A stretch of DNA of 64,000 bases from Euglena gracilis (lineage: Eukaryota), in contig CP154954.1 of the NCBI GenBank assembly GCA_039621445.1, positions 40,541,572 through 40,605,571 on the forward strand. Direction: 5' to 3'. The notes under the pieces were generated by a model. The model searched no databases. It was not told the DNA's origin and saw only the letters and a list, made by a program, of their open reading frames with translations. Position numbers and translations under genes: made by a program. Shown piece by piece: positions 1 to 14,517 of this stretch (its first letter is position 1; every line of letters begins with the position of its first letter).

Positions 1-924
1 CCCCCCCGTGATCATGGTTTAATGTTAAGAATTTCCGTCTTGAAAAACCTGCTGCCAGCCTTTCAAGCTCAAAAAAAAACCAGTCCCCCGTATGACCACC
101 ATGTTTTTTTTTTTCAAACCGCTTGTTCCTGGGGGTTCCCCCTTCCCCCCGTGCCCTGGAAATTGGGCATGGCAGACATGAACAGGGGGGGAGGGGAATC
201 AAATTTTTTTGCATAATGCAGCACAACTTAAAACGGCTCCGCCCCCAAATTTTTTTCCATTTTTTTTTTTTTTTTTTATTATTGAAATTTTTTTTTTTTT
301 TTTTGAATTCCTTTGGGTTTTTTTGTTTTTTTTTTTTTTTTTGCATTTTTTTTTTTTTGCATAAATACCCCCCCCCCAAGGAAAAATGGTTTGTAAGTTT
401 CCGAAGTCTTGAAAAATGCTGCCCCCTTTGGATTTGCATATTGCATCACAAAATCAAATATTTTTTCCCTGGAAAATTTTTTTATTTTTGGAATGTTGCC
501 ATATTTTATTGGAATTTTGGCAGGGCAGCATAAAATATTTTGCCCTGGAAAAAAATTTTCCTAGGCAGCAAAGCTTGATATTCCAGCTCTCATGTTTTTC
601 ATGCAAGTTGCATTTTTTTGCATTTTTTTGCATTTTTTTGCATTTTTTTGACTTGCATAATTTGAAGGGCCCAGTTGCATCCCCCCCGGGCTTTTCTAAA
701 AAAATTTTGCTATTTTCGACGTTTTGGTGGATGGATCTAGATCAAAGCTGGGGGCTGTGATGGAGGAAGCGGTGGTGAAGGGAAAAAATGCAGGCTGGCC
801 CCGACTTTATTTCACTCGCCCCCAGGGGGGGGGGCTCCCTGCCCGAATTTGGGCTGCTGGCTGGATTTGAGCTGGCTGGTTGGACCCCTCCACGTGGTGT
901 GTCGGGAAGGAGGCCAGCGCCAGC

Positions 925-1421
925 CATACATCTCTCTAAGGTTTTGCGAACCCCCCCCCCCCCGGGGGGGGGCGGCTGCAGCCAGCCCCGATTTGGGCCC
1001 AGCCCAAGCCTCAGCAACAGCCCCCCCCCCGGGGGGGGGTGCTGCTAGCCCAGCTAGCCAGCCCATTTTTTTTTTGGGGGTCCAGCCCAAAATTTTTCGG
1101 GGGGGCGCGAAGCGCCGAAATTATTTGAAAAACTTTGTTCAAAATTGGCCAAAAATGGGGTTTGGGGGGTGTTTGGGGCATTTTTGGGGGGTTTCAGAGG
1201 CATCAGCTGGGTTTTTTCAAACTGTGTTCTGCAGGTCATTTTTTGGGGCATTTTTTTTTTCCGATTTCAGTCCAGCCTCGCCCGGTTCGGGTCCAGCCGG
1301 GGCCTAGCCCCCCCCCCCCCCCCCGGGGGGGGGCGGGCTAGCCAGCCCAAATTTCTAGCCAGCCCAAATTTCTAGCCCTAGCCCAGCAACCCCCCCCCCG
1401 GGGTCCTTAGAGAGATGTATG
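925..1421. mobile_element. hAT-like MITE family 1 (TIR CATACATCTCTCTAAGG)
   Basis: TIRs plus 8-bp TSD GCGCCAGC. Confidence 0.9.
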
Positions 1422-3240
1422 GCGCCAGCGCGACGGTCTGCCTGGCCACCCCTTTGGTGGTGTGAATGGTTTCGCATCCCAACCCACAACCCCCCCACAA
1501 AAGCTGGTCAGAAACTTTTTTCCAGAATGCATTTTTTAAAGGTTTTGTTATGTTTTCTGACGTATTTTGGCATTTTGACCAAATGCTTTTTTTTAAGAAG
1601 CCCCGCCCCCCCCCCCCCGGGGGGGGCGGGCTAGCGCCAAGCCCAAATTTCTAGCCAGCCCCAAATTTTCTAGCCCGTAGGCCCAGCAACCCCCCCCCCT
1701 GGGTCCTTAGAGAGATGTAAATGGCTTGGTTGGGAGGCCAACGTTTCCCCATTGAGGCTGGAGGTGATTTGCTTTTTTTTGGCTGAGCGAACTGCAGCAT
1801 GCTGCATTTTCCCCAGAATTTTGTGTGGTTGTCAGTCCCCACGCCCCTCAGTATCCGTATGTGTTGTTGTTTCCCCCAGGTGGCTATACAGCACAACACA
1901 GGAACAAAGCTGAGCATGTTCTCTTTTTGAGGAGGCTTGCAGACACACACACACACACACACACACACATGTGCGCGCACGCGTACACACACACAGACGC
2001 ATTCACTCACGGGTGTGGAACGCACACAGAAATGTTATGCCCCTGATGATCTTTTTATTTTGGTAGCTTTTGGATTTTTCGTTGTGGTTAAAGAGCTCCG
2101 GTGTCCTTTGACCAGCCGGTGGACAATGAAGGGCATAGTTTGCAAGGCACAGTCACGTTTATTTTCTTTGTCATGCTCTCTGAGGAGGGGGTTTGGGGAA
2201 GGAAACCAAAAAATGCGGCATGTCACTGGGCAGAAAATTCTGACGCTTTGCACCAGGAGGCAACAACCCCCCCCCCGGGATGAGGATTGAGATCCCCCCC
2301 CCCCGACCATGACCTGATGAGAATTTCCGTCTTGAAAAACCTGCTGCCAGCCTTTACACCCAAAACCATCTCATTTTTGGACCATCTTTTCAAAAGTTTG
2401 TCTTCACCTGGAAATTTTGGCAGGGAAATCTCCAACATTCTTGGTGCATTTTTGGATGCCAGCAAGTTGCTGGCCTGACAAGGTATGATGGGAAGCCTTT
2501 TGGTTGCTTTTTTGAAGGGGTGGGGGGAAAGTCCCCCCCCCCCCCCCGCTTGTCCTGGAAGGGGTCACCCCCCCATCCTGGTTTCTGGTGACCATACCAT
2601 TACCTCCGACCCCACCCCCAGGGGGGAGCACACCATTTCTCAACACCTGTCCCACCCCCACCCCACCCCCCGGGGGTGACTGAGTTGTTTTTTCAGAGTG
2701 ACTGATTGGTCTTCTGGACAAGAACCCCCGGAGGGGGGCAGGCCGAAAATGAAAAAGGGCTTGCCTGGCTTTTTTGAGATTTTTTGGCACCCCTCACCGG
2801 GGGGGGGGGTCACTTTCCAGTCTGAAAAAAGCCAGTCAGTCACTTTTTCTCAAAACTCAGTCACTTTACCTCCTTCCCCGGGGGCGGATGGGTAACTTTT
2901 GAATGACGAGGAGGAGGCAATGAACACTTGAGGGGGTCGCTAAGCAATGGTCCCGGGGGGGGGGGAGGCTGACTCCCAAATCCATGACAGCCATGAACCA
3001 TGAACTTAGCATGCTTTTTATTTTTGGATGCACATTTGCTTGTGCAGACTAAGTGAAGTTTTTGTTTTCAAATGAATATTGGGGATTTTTGAAAAAATTT
3101 GGCTTGATATTGGTGCACAGCGCCAGCGCCGAAGGAGAAATTTTTCCAGGCGGGGAAACCCCCCCCCCTGGACCGGACCCCCCACAGGGGGAGGGTCTAG
3201 CTCTAGATGGCGGCCCTATCCCTATCTTGTCTCCACAAGG

Positions 3241-5330
3241 TGCCAGTGGACCCCTGGGAGCTTTCAGCAGAAGCCTGCCTGGAACCCCCGTCAACGGGAG
3301 CCAGCCAGCGCTTTGTTGATTTATGGTAGGTTTTTTTCCGGGCAGCGAACGAGACACCCCAGGACGCTCACTGCCCCCTCTCTCTCCCCCAACCCCCCCC
3401 CTCATTGGTGTGCAGGGCGAGGACGTCCCCGGGATGCTGGCGGCCCAGACCAGATTTCGCCGCCGCCGGAGCACCGGGACGGCGCGGCGGGCCGGCAGCG
3501 CGGCGGGGAAGGAGGCCAGCGCCGGTGCGGTGGTCTGCCTGGCCACCGCTTTTGGTGGTGCGAATGGTTTTGCAACCCAATCCCTAGCCCCCCCCCCCCC
3601 CCCCCCCGCTGGATGAACGTGGAGGACAGGCACTGTACGCCCGATTTTTTTTGTGAGGGGGGCTGAACAGCCGGAAGCAACGGGGCGATCGGGAAATTTT
3701 CCTGTCCCCCCCGTTGATTTCTTGGAAAATGTAAGCCCGTGCAAAACCGTGGCCGGCAGTGCATTGCAGGCAAATGCAGAGGGCAATGCTTTTTGCTGCC
3801 CGTTGTATTTTTGGGGTCCCGCCAGCCCATGTGCAGCCGCCACCAGGCACATGATGACCCTGCCAGGCACCTATAGTCGGAGGCCAGCAGGGGACGGGAA
3901 AGGGGTGAGAATGAGAATGAGAACTGGTATGATGGTCGCTCATGGCCAGGTCGGTGCTTAGGCCATTTGGGCCCCATTTGCCTTTGCCGCCATCCTTCGG
4001 CTGCCCTCGACCTCTTTCCTCCGTAGGCCGCACAAGCTGACTAGGCCTCTGTTTGCTGTCTTGCTGCACCTTTGCTTTGGTGCTGCAGCTCGCTGGGGCT
4101 GTCTAACGTGCTCCCCCATTGTGCTTTGTCTGCTTTGCTTGGAACTCCTGTGCTCTTGCTTGCGACCTCTGCCCTGGGCCTGTTGTGGTCCTGCCCTGTT
4201 TCTTGGACCGATCGGGTCCGCGGCTGCACACCTGCAATAGCGTGAGGTTTCGGGCTGGACTATAGGCGCCTGGCCATCGCGTGTGTCCTGATCCCACTGA
4301 CTCAAATGCCCCCATGGGGTGCTGATGTTTGGTGGCGGCCAGCACTTGGCCAGGGCAAACCCAGCACAACCTGGCCCCCCTCCCGGAGAAAGCCCCAATC
4401 CCCCCATTCTGGGACGGGCCACCCCGGACACGGAAGCACACACAACCGCAGGGATGGAAAGGTTCAGTGTTTTGGTGTTATAAGGCTTACTAAGATTGCA
4501 AATATGCCGCAGCTTCCAAAAATAAATCGGTGGCCAGATGACAGCTGCGGCTGCCAGAAGCGGTGGCTGCGGTGGCAGAGACGGATAGCAGTACGAGCGC
4601 GAGAGGTATGCTCCTCTCTGCCATGTGCGAGGCTGGAGATGGGGGCCCCTGATGATGGGCCTCCCACTGAGAAAGCAATGGCGGGGATGTGGCGGGGGTG
4701 TGTTGACTGCCTGTCAGAGATTGCCGTTTCCACTGAGGTGGGTTGCTGGGTGAGGTGGGGGTCCATGCGGCGCCGCTCTTTCCCCGGGTGACTGATTGTA
4801 TCGTTTCAGCCGAAGTGGACCCCGTCCCTTTTTCCCCCGGATTTTTTGTTTTTGGTAATGCAAAAAAGGCCGAAAACGGGCTGGAACGGGTCTGCCATTG
4901 TTATGTAATCTTTTTTTGCATAAAATTCCTGGCAGTTTTTTTTGTTGGTGCATTCTTTTGCAGTTTCGGTTCCCTGGTGCCCGGTTCGAAGCCTGGTCAG
5001 GCGCAGGTCGGAGACCACCTGGCAGCTTTTTCCCCCCAGCCAGCTCAAGATTATCAGCCTCCTCTGCTTGGCCATTGGAGTGGTGGGGCCGTAGATTCAA
5101 AAAAAATTGCCTGCGTGACCTTGCTGCCCCCATCAGCAAGTTTTATTGTGTTCAAGCGCTTTGCTTTCGGAGGTTCAAAAAAATGGGCCAGATTGGGCTG
5201 GTAAGGTGAGTTGTGTTTGCATAATTTGTGTTTTGCAGGGGCGAAGGCAAATGCATTTTTTCGAGGTTTTTTTGCTGCTGTCGATTTGGCAAGCATTGCG
5301 TCTTTTTTTTTGTGTTTTTTTTTGTCATTT
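3241..5330 (+). repeat. Tandem macro-repeat core, copy A1
   Basis: High similarity to five other copies; boundaries approximate. Confidence 0.88.
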
Positions 5331-5694
5331 TTGTGTTCAAGAATTTGTGCACAAAGTGCTATTGTTTTTTTTGCAAACTGAAAGAGAGAGAGAGAGAGCC
5401 CAGCAGAGTTTCTCCAATGGAAGAGTGAGGAGGTCCTGAAGGATTTTTTCTGCAAATTGCGTTTTTTTTTGCAATTTTTTGTGTCGTTTTTTTTTTTTGA
5501 GGTCCATGTTGTGTTTGATTTTAAGGGCATTTTTGTTGTTTCGATTCGCCTGAACTCGGGGGGGGGGGACAAAATCAATTGTTGTGTATCTGGGGCAAAA
5601 CACATGTGAAGTATTTTGACATTTGCACAAATAATAAACCCCCCTCCCGAATAATACCCCCCAGGGTGGTTTTTTTTTTGCCCGAAGTCCCGGC

Positions 5695-6077
5695 CAGGGT
5701 TCGATATAGGAGGGCGTACATGGTTTAGGTGGGGGGTGTCCCCCCCCCCCTCCTGGCCCGCAGGGGGGGGTCTGGACCACCCCCCCCCCCTGCCAGGGGG
5801 GTCCGGACCGACCCTGGGGGGTACCGGGACCCCCCCCCAAAAAGGGGGGGGGTCATTTTTTTCCTCCGGCACTTTGCACCGAATTTTTTTTGCATTTTTG
5901 GCCAATTTTTGCCCAAAAAGTGCCCAAAATGGCACTTTTGGTCTTTTTGGGGGGCAAAATTTTTCGGTCACCCTGACCACGCCACTGTTTAGGTGGGGGG
6001 GTGCCCCCCCCCCCCCTCCTGGCCCGCAGGGGGGGGTCCGGACCACCCCCCCCCTCCTCTCCTTATATCGAACCCTG
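5695..6077. mobile_element. hAT-like MITE family 2 (TIR CAGGGTTCGATATA)
   Basis: TSD GTCCCGGC. Confidence 0.9.
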
Positions 6078-7389
6078 GTCCCGGCCTGAGGGGGGTATTA
6101 TTTGGGTGGGGCAATAGCACCCCAAAATTTTCGAAATGTTTTCAAAGTCCTGCAGGACCCAAAAAAAGTACCCAACACCCCTCTTTGGGGTCATTTTTTT
6201 TTGTACTTTCTAATGAAATTTAACATCTTTGGAAGCCAGATGATCCAGAAAACCCGATTTTTTTCTTCGAAATTTGTTGTCAGAGACTGTAATTTTTTAC
6301 CAACATTTTCAGGTCAAAATCCGGGTCATCGGCCGGAGGTTGGGGGAGGGGTATTAATTTGGTCGCCGAAGTCGGACCTCAAGGGGGGGGGTGGTAAGAT
6401 TTGGGGGGAGGGTTTACATTCCCCCTCCCCAGGGCCCCTTCAGGCAGACAGGCCCACAATCTCCCCCTGTTCTTGCTCCCACAGCCCCAGAGAGCCACTG
6501 CCCCCCCCCCCCCAGTGCACCCCCCCCCTCTCGGTGGTGTGCAGGGCGAGGACGTCCCCGGGGAGACCAGACTTCGCCACCGCCGGAGCACCGGGATGGC
6601 CGCGGCGGCCTGCCTGGTGTGGATGGTTTCGCAACCCACAACCCACAACCCCCCCACCCTACGTGTGCAGCTCCCAACACCACTGGATGAACGTGGATGA
6701 ATGGCGCCGGGCGCTTGATTAGATGATTAGGTGCACCAAGGCCCTCACAAACGATCCGGACAGCTGCTGGCCAGCCGGACTCCCACCCTGGACCCCAAGG
6801 GGAGGTTTTTTCTTTATGTTTTTCTGGGGTATTTTAAAGCATTTCGGCCAAACCTGATTCATCATCAAAGGCTTTTTTTGCGTTTTCTGAAGGCATTTTT
6901 GCCAAATGTCTTTCGGGGGTTTTTTTTTAAGATTTAAATAGGCTAGTTTTTCCCATTGGGGCTGGGGTGACTGGGTTTTTTTTGGCCTCTGGAGCCTCTC
7001 CACACACCCTGCGCCCCGCTGCCTCGCACCTCTTTTTCCCAATACAGTTCGATCATTTAGTGAACTGCGTGTCGCATTTTCCCCAGAACATTCGATCATT
7101 TTAGTCACTGCCCCCCCCGGGGTGGGTGACTGGTTTTTTCAGAGTGACTGACTGGTTTTTGGCTGGACCCAGGGGGAGGGTGGGGGGTCGGCAAAAAAAA
7201 CAAACAACCACTGAAGTGACCGGCGCCGAAGGCGCACGAAAACCTTTGGGCCTCTTTTGCATGTTTTTGGTCAAATTTCCTTTGAATTCCAGAGTGGCCG
7301 ACCTGCCCCCCCCCCCCGGGGGTATTAACTGGTTTTTTGAAAAGTGGAGTGACCCCCCCCCCCCGGGGGTCGGTAAAAAATTGTAAGCC

Positions 7390-7991
7390 TCAGAATTTTG
7401 TGTGGTTGTCACTGCCCACACCCCTCGGCCTTCAGATGCTCTCCAAGAAGGAGTAGAGGAAAATGAAGGAAAACAAGAAGGAACAAGAAGAAGAAGAAGA
7501 AGAAGGCGAAAGAAGAAGAAGGAGAAGAATTAGAAGAACATGATGATGATGAAAGAAGAAGACGGAAGAAGTCAAAAAAGAAGAAGGAGATGGAAGAAGA
7601 AGAAGAATGATGAAGAAAGAAGAAGGAATAAGAAATAACAAGCAGAAGACGGAGGAGGAGGAGAAGAAGAAGAACAAGGAGAAGAAAAAGAAAGAAGAAG
7701 AAAAGAAGAAGAAGAAGAAGAAGCAGAAGAAGAAGAAGAAAGATGAAGGAAGATGACGGAAGAAGAAGGAAGAAAAGAGAGAAGAAGAAAGAAGAAGGAA
7801 AGAAGAAAGACGAGGAAGCCATTGCCAGCCCAACACCCACCTCGCCCCTGCCCAGTGCACCGTATTACCACAAAACAGCTTGAGGTTGACTGTTTTTTGT
7901 GAATTGGATGTATTGTTTCCCCGCTGGTGTCTATACAATGCAGGAACAAAGCTGAGCATGTTTTTTTTTGGAGGAAGTTTACACGCATCCA

Positions 7992-8037
<46 letters not shown>

Positions 8038-8093
8038 AACACATGCGCACACGCACGCATGCACGCACGCATGCATGCACATACCCATACCCG

Positions 8094-8132
<39 letters not shown>

Positions 8133-8500
8133 ACGCTCACACACACACAAACACAGACATGCACGCACGCACGCATATACACGTGTGGAACACACATCAC
8201 ATTCCGAGCGGTCAATGGGCATTGTACGTTGTGGTGGGGTTTGTGTTTTTGCATTGTTTGTGTGAGCAAGGGGGCAGTGACGGGAGGCAGCGGCGGCCAG
8301 AAGGCGGCGCAGGAGCGGGGTAAGCGAAGGAGCAGCGGCGGGCTGCGCTGTTCCCCCACCACCACCTGCCCGCCGGTCCACTCGCTGCCAGGTGTGTGCT
8401 GCTGCATCGGTAGGAAGGGGGGCTGGGCTGTGTACGAGTGTGCGCATTCCGTTTTACGAGAATGAAGATGACACCAAGAAAAAATTGATGCAGCGGATTG
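7390..8500 (+). repeat. Macro-repeat block B copy 1 (GAA-rich tract, (CA)n/(TG)n, GC-rich exon-like segment)
   Basis: Paralogous to 13570-15160, 23100-24420 and partly 1800-2280. Confidence 0.85.
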
Positions 8501-9520
8501 CTAGCAGGCAATTGCTTAAGCCCCCCCCCCCCCCCCGGGGGTGGGTGACTGGTTTTTTTCAGAGTGACTGACTGGTTTTTGGCCCGGACCCCCTCCCCCC
8601 GGGGGGGGGGTCGGCCAGGAGTGGGCAAAAGTGGCTTGAGTGACCCCGGCGTCGAAGGCGCCGGAAAAAATTTTTGGGCCTAAAATGGCCCAAAGTGACT
8701 GGAAAGTGGCTGTTTTTCTGAGTGGCCGACCCCCCCCTCCCCGGTGGGGTAGTGACTGGCTCCACGTGGTTCCAAAAAATTTGCGTTATTGTTGGAGCAG
8801 AATCAGGGTGAGGCGTTCAGCTTAACCCCCCCCCCCCATTTAAACCGACCTGCCCTTCCAAACCGACCTACCCTTCCAAACCGACCCATTGCAGAATTTC
8901 AACCAAAAAAAAAGAAATAACCGACCCATGGCAAGTTGGATGACCAACATGCACAACATAATAGAAGCCGCCAACGGAAAGAGCGTCCAGGCTCATTGAA
9001 TCGTTATTTTTGATGACCCAAAATTGGGATTTTACACCCAAAATTAGGCATTTGCTTCCAAATTTTGGAGTTTGCGCCTCAAACTGGGCATTTTCCTCCG
9101 AAAATTTGGAGCACCCAAAAATATATAATAAGGCATTTACCACGTAAAATTAGAAGTTTGCACCCAAAATTAGGCAGTTTGCCACCAAAAATTGGATATT
9201 ACACCCAAAAATTCAGCATCTGCCCCTAAAATTAAGAATTTACATCCGTACACCTTACGCCAATCTATAAGTTGGGCTGAGAGTTAGGCCGAACTCGTAA
9301 CCCTAACCCTTTTCTATCAATTCCGCAAATATTTTTTTGATGACCCAGGAGATTTTATTTGCCCCCCTCCCCCTGGGGGGCCAAGCACCATGGCCATTGG
9401 AGGGGGCAAGTAAAAGGTTGCTGCCATATGTGTACAAATTTTTTACCATGTACACATGTGTTGTACATATAAATTCCGGGTTTTTTGCATCCATCATTCC
9501 ACCTGTCTTTTTTTGATACT

Positions 9521-11400
9521 TGCCAGTGGACGACCCCTGCGGACCCTGAGCAGAAGCCTGCCTGGAACCCCTGTCAAGGGGAGCCAGCCAGCGCTTTGTT
9601 GATTTATGGTAAGTTTTTTTCCGGGCAGCGAACGAGACACCCCAGGACGCTCACTGCCCCCTCTCTCTCCCCCTATCCCCCCCCTCATTGGTGTGCAGGG
9701 CGAGGACGTCCCCGGGATGCTGGCGGCCCAGACCAGATTTCGCCGCCGCCGGAGCACCGGGACGGCGCGGCGGGCCGGCAGCGCGGCGGGGAAGGAGGCC
9801 AGCGCCGGTGCGGTGGTCTGCCTGGCCACCGCTTTTGGTGGTGCGAATGGTTTTGCAACCCAATCCCTAGCCCCCCCCCGCCCGCTGGATGAACGTGGAG
9901 GACAGGCACTGTACGCCCGATTTTTTTTGTGAGGGGGGCTGAACAGCCGGAAGCAACGGGGCGATCGGGAAATTTTCCTGTCCCCCCCCCCCAGTTGATT
10001 TCTTGCATAATGCAAACCGTGCCAAACCGTGGCCGGCAGTGCATGGCACGCAAATGCAGAGGGCAATGCTTTTTGCTGCCCGTTGTATTTTTGGGGTCCT
10101 GCCGGCCCATGTGCGGCCGCCACCGGGCACATGATGACATGACCCTGCCAGGCACTTATAGTCGGAGACCAGCAGAGAATGAGAATGGGAACTGGTGTGG
10201 TGGTCGCTCATGGCCAGGTCGGTGCTTAGGCCTTTTGGCCCCCCCCTTGCTTTTGCTGCCATGGTTCGGCAGCCCTCGACCTCTTTCCTCCATAGGCCGC
10301 ACAAGCTGATTAGGCCTCTGTTTGCTGTCTTGCTGCACCTTTGCTTTGGTGCTGCAGCTCGCTGGGGATGTCTAACGTGCTCCCCCATTGTGCTTCGTCT
10401 GCTTTGCTTGGAACTCCTGTGCTCTTGCTTGCGACCTCTGCCCTGGGCCTGTTGTGGTCCTGCCCTGTTTCTTGGACCGATCGGGTCCGCGGCTGCACAC
10501 CTGCAATGGCCAGCAGGCCTTCTGCCACCACCTGCGTGAGGTTTCGGGCTGGACTATAGGCGCCTGGCCATCGCGTGTGTCCTGATCCCACTGACTCAAA
10601 TGCCCCCATGGGGTGCTGATGTTTGGTGGCGGTCAGCACTTGGCCAGGGCAAACCCAGCACAACCTGGCCCCCCTCCCGGAGAAAGCCCCAATCCCCCCC
10701 ATTTTAATGGACGGGCCACCCCGGACACGGAAGCGCACACAACCGCAGGGATGGAAAGGTTCAGTGTTTTGGTGTAATAAGGCTTACTAAGATTGCAAAT
10801 ATGCCGCAGCTTCCAAAAATAAATCGGTGGCCAGATGACAGCTGCGGCTGCCAGAAGCGGTGGCTGCGGTGGCAGAGGCGGATGGCGGCTCGAGCGCGAG
10901 AGGTATGCTCCTCTCTGCCATGTGCGAGGCTGGAGATGGGGGCCCCTCCTCCAAGGGAAGTGATGGGCCTCCCACTGAGAAAGCAATGGCGGGCATATGG
11001 CGGGGCCGTGTTGACTGGGGTCGCACCTGTCAGAGATTGCCTTTTCCACTGAGGTGCGTTGCTGGGTGAGGTGGGAGTCCATGGGGGCGGCGCCACTTTT
11101 TCCCCGCGTGACTGATTATGACAATTCCCCGCGTGACAAAAATGGGCCAAAAACGGGTTTCAATGGGGCTGCCATTTTTTCTGTAAAAATATTATATATA
11201 TATATAATATAACATATATATATATATATATATGGGCCGGGTTTTTTGGTGCATTCTTTTTTGTGTGTGTTTCGGTTCGCTGGTGCCCGGTTCGACCCCT
11301 GGTCAGGTGCAGGTTGGGGACCACCTGGCAGCTTTTTTATCCAGCCAGCTCAAGGTGTTCAGCCTCCTCTGCTTGGCCACAGGAGTGGTAGGGCCATGGA
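9521..11400 (+). repeat. Macro-repeat core, copy A2
   Basis: Same blocks and order as A1. Confidence 0.88.
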
Positions 11401-11407
11401 TTCCTTA

Positions 11408-11813
11408 CCCCCCCCCCCCCTAGTCGTACGACCACCCCTCATTTATGACCACCCCCCGGTCACAGGTTGCAGGTCATGGGGGTGTTATGACCACCCCCCC
11501 GGTCACAGGTTGCAGGTTGCGAAAAATTTAACCCCCCAAAATAAGTCCCCCCCCTGGCCGGTCCGAGCAAAAATCCATGAAATTGACCCCCCCAAAATAA
11601 GGTCCCCCCCTGCCGGCGCGAAGCGCCGGATTTTTGGAAAATGTGACATTTTGGGGGGGGTAAATCTGCCATTTTGGGACAGTTTTCACACACTTCTACG
11701 ACCGCCCCCTCATCTATGACCACCCCCCGGTCACAGGTTGCAGGTTATGGGGGTGTTATGACCCCCCCCGGTCACAGGTTGCAGGAACCCGGTCATACGA
11801 CTAGGGGGGGGGG
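11408..11813. mobile_element. TA-flanked MITE (TIR polyC-TAGTCGTA(C/T)GACC) with internal GGTCACAGGTTGCAGG repeats
   Basis: TIRs, TA on both sides; related fragment near 31380-31455. Confidence 0.75.
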
Positions 11814-12451
11814 TAATTGCTGCATGACTTCGCCCCCCCCCCCCCGCCGGGGAATGGGAGAGCTGGCGTCAATGTGGCCGAATATTGTTTGCGAGCGCTT
11901 CGCTTTCGAAGGTGCAAATATACAAAATGGAAATTTTTCCCCAGCAGGGCCCAGCAGAGTTTCTCCATTGGAAAAGGGGGGAGTTTAAAGGGCTTCATCT
12001 GCGAGTTGCGTTTTTTTTGCAATTTTTTTTGTTTTTTTTGTGTCGTGTTTTTTGACGGTCCATGTTGCATTCCCCCCCCCCAGGTTTTGATTTGGGAGGC
12101 TTTTGCTTTTTCGATCCGCCTGAAGTACGGAAGATAAAATCAACAAAATGAATTGCTGTAAGTCTGGGGCAAAACACGTGCAATGTATTTTGCCATTTGC
12201 ACAAGGGGGAGGAAGGTGGAACTAATAAATTCCCCCTCCCCAGGGCCTCCCTCTCCGTGGTGTGCAGGGCGAGGACGTCCCCGGGGAGACCAGACTTCGC
12301 CGCCGCCGGAGCACCGGGATGGCGCGGCGGCCTGCCTGGTGTGGATGGTTTCGCAACCCAACCCACAACCCCCCCCCCTACGCATGCAGCTCCCAACGCC
12401 ATGCTCCCCCCGGATGAATGGCGCCGAGCGCTTGATTAGGTGATTAGGTAT

Positions 12452-12630
12452 TCCCCCCCCATGCCCAATGAACACCTTTGCCCAATGAACAGGGGGTGTT
12501 CGGACTGTCTAGATTGTCACCATATACCTTATCTACACAGAAACCGTTCCCAAAGCCCAATGAACACCCCCCGTTCGGACCGTCTAGATGTCACCTTAGT
12601 GTTTGTTCATTGGGCTTGTGGGGGGGGGGA
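12452..12630. mobile_element. Small TIR element with CCCAATGAACA repeats
   Basis: Inverted ends; GGTA duplicated; absent from paralogous sites near 6728 and 21267. Confidence 0.6.
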
Positions 12631-13158
12631 GGTACCAAGGCCCTAAGAAACGACCTGGACAGCTTCCAGCCGGCCAGACCCCCCCCCCCCGGACTCCTGC
12701 CAAGCCTGCCTATTTTCAAAGGGCAATCTAAAGGCCATCGAACCGGGTTAAGATCAAAAAGTTGAAGCCCCCCCCATTCTTATGGGTTTTTTTGTGGAGG
12801 GGCAATGTTCCAGCGATGCCAGAAAGCATTTTTTCCCGAGTTGGCTGTTTTTTTTGCCGAGATTTCGCCGCAGCGTTTTTGTTTGGTCAGAAATTTTTTT
12901 CCAGAATGCATTTTTTAAAGGGTTTTGTGTTTTTCTGAGGTATTTTCAGGCATGCCAAAACATAATTCATCACTAAAGGCTTTTTTGGGGTTTTCTGAAG
13001 GCGTTTTGACCAAATGTCTTTCGGGTTTGTTTTATAAAGTGGGTTTCAAGTTTTCCAAATAATCACGAAAAGGAAAGTCGCCTGGCCAGGAGGCCGTTGG
13101 GGGCTGGAGGTGACTGCGAATTTTTTTTGGCTCGGTAAACTGCAGCATTTTCCCCAGG

Positions 13159-13565
13159 CAGGCTTTTGCTTAAGGGATTGCAGTACCCCCCCCCCCCCCC
13201 GGGGAGCTGGACTGCAGCTAGTCCAAATTTGGCCAGTGGGATTTCTAGCAGACCCCCCCCCCCCCGGGGGGTCTGCTAGCAGGGCTAGCTAGTGGAAATT
13301 TTTTTCCCAGTGACCGGCGCAAAGCGCCGGAAAATTTTTTTTGGGACCCCCAAAAATGGCCAAAATGCCCGTTTTTGGCCATTTTTGGGAATTTTTGGAA
13401 CAAAATCAGCCAAAAACCTGTTAAAAACCTCATTTTTGCAGTCCGGGGGACCCCCGGACCCCCCCCCCCCAGGGGGGAGGGGGTTCCAGCTTGTCCATTT
13501 TTTTATCTGTCCAGCCAATTGGCTAGCCAGTACCCCCCCCCCCCAGGTCCTTAAGCAAAAGCCTG
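13159..13565. mobile_element. hAT-like MITE (TIR CAGGCTTTTGCTTAAGG)
   Basis: TSD TCCCCAG(G/A); empty paralogous site near 1810. Confidence 0.85.
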
Positions 13566-13569
13566 TCCC

Positions 13570-14483
13570 CAGAATTTTGTGTGTCCCCACACCCTCGTCA
13601 TTCAGGTCCTCTCCAAGAAAGAGAAGGAGAGGAAAATGAAGGAAAAAGCAGAAGGAAGAAGAAGAATACAAAAGAAGGGGAAGAAGAAAGCAAAACTTTG
13701 CTATTTTGGGGTGTTGACCCCCAGTGGTTCGGTTTAATGGGGTTTTTGGGGGGTTGGGGAACCCAGCTGACCTGGTCCCGGGGGCTGGTGGCACTTTTTG
13801 GCATTAAGGCCAATTGGCCGTGGAAATCGTGCCCCCAGGTTGGAGTGGGAATGGGAGCTTGGGGGTTTGGGCGTATCGCCTTTCCTTGAGCGGGGCTCGG
13901 CGGGGAAATGGGGGATTCTTTTGGTGCTGTCCGCGCTGAGGAGGGCTGAGCAGCGGCATGCGTGTGCGGGTATGGGGCGGTCTGTTTCATTTGGGGAGTC
14001 CCCCCCCCAATTTATGTTGAAAAATTGCCAAAATTTTGCAATTCGGGGGTGGTCGCCAGCAGGGGTTCCAGTTATAATGGGGTGAAGAAGAAGAAGAATG
14101 ATACAGAAAGAAGATGGAAGATGACGGAGTTAGGAGAAGAAGAAGTAGCAAGGAGCAGACGATGGAATAAAGAGGAAGGAAGAAGAAGGAAGGAGAAGGA
14201 AAAAGTTGAACGAAGCGGAACGAATGGCCAAAGATGACAGAAAGACAAGAAAGGTGAGGACTCATTGCCAGCCCAACACCCACCTCCCCCCTGCCAGCCC
14301 AGTGTCCTGCACTTCACAAAACAGTTTGTGGTTGACGTTTTTTTTCTGTGAATTGTATGTGTTGCTGTTTCCCCCAGGCGGCTATACAATACAATACAGG
14401 AACACAGCCGAGCATGTTTTTTTTTGAGGAAGCTTGCACACCCACACACACGCGCGCGCGCACGCATGCGCTCGCGGGCGTGG

Positions 14484-14517
<34 letters not shown>

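Noticed and set aside
7409-8465. Phe/Ser/Leu-rich, Lys/Glu-rich and His-Thr/Cys-Val ORFs
   Set aside because: Translations of GAA-rich tracts and (CA)n/(TG)n microsatellites.
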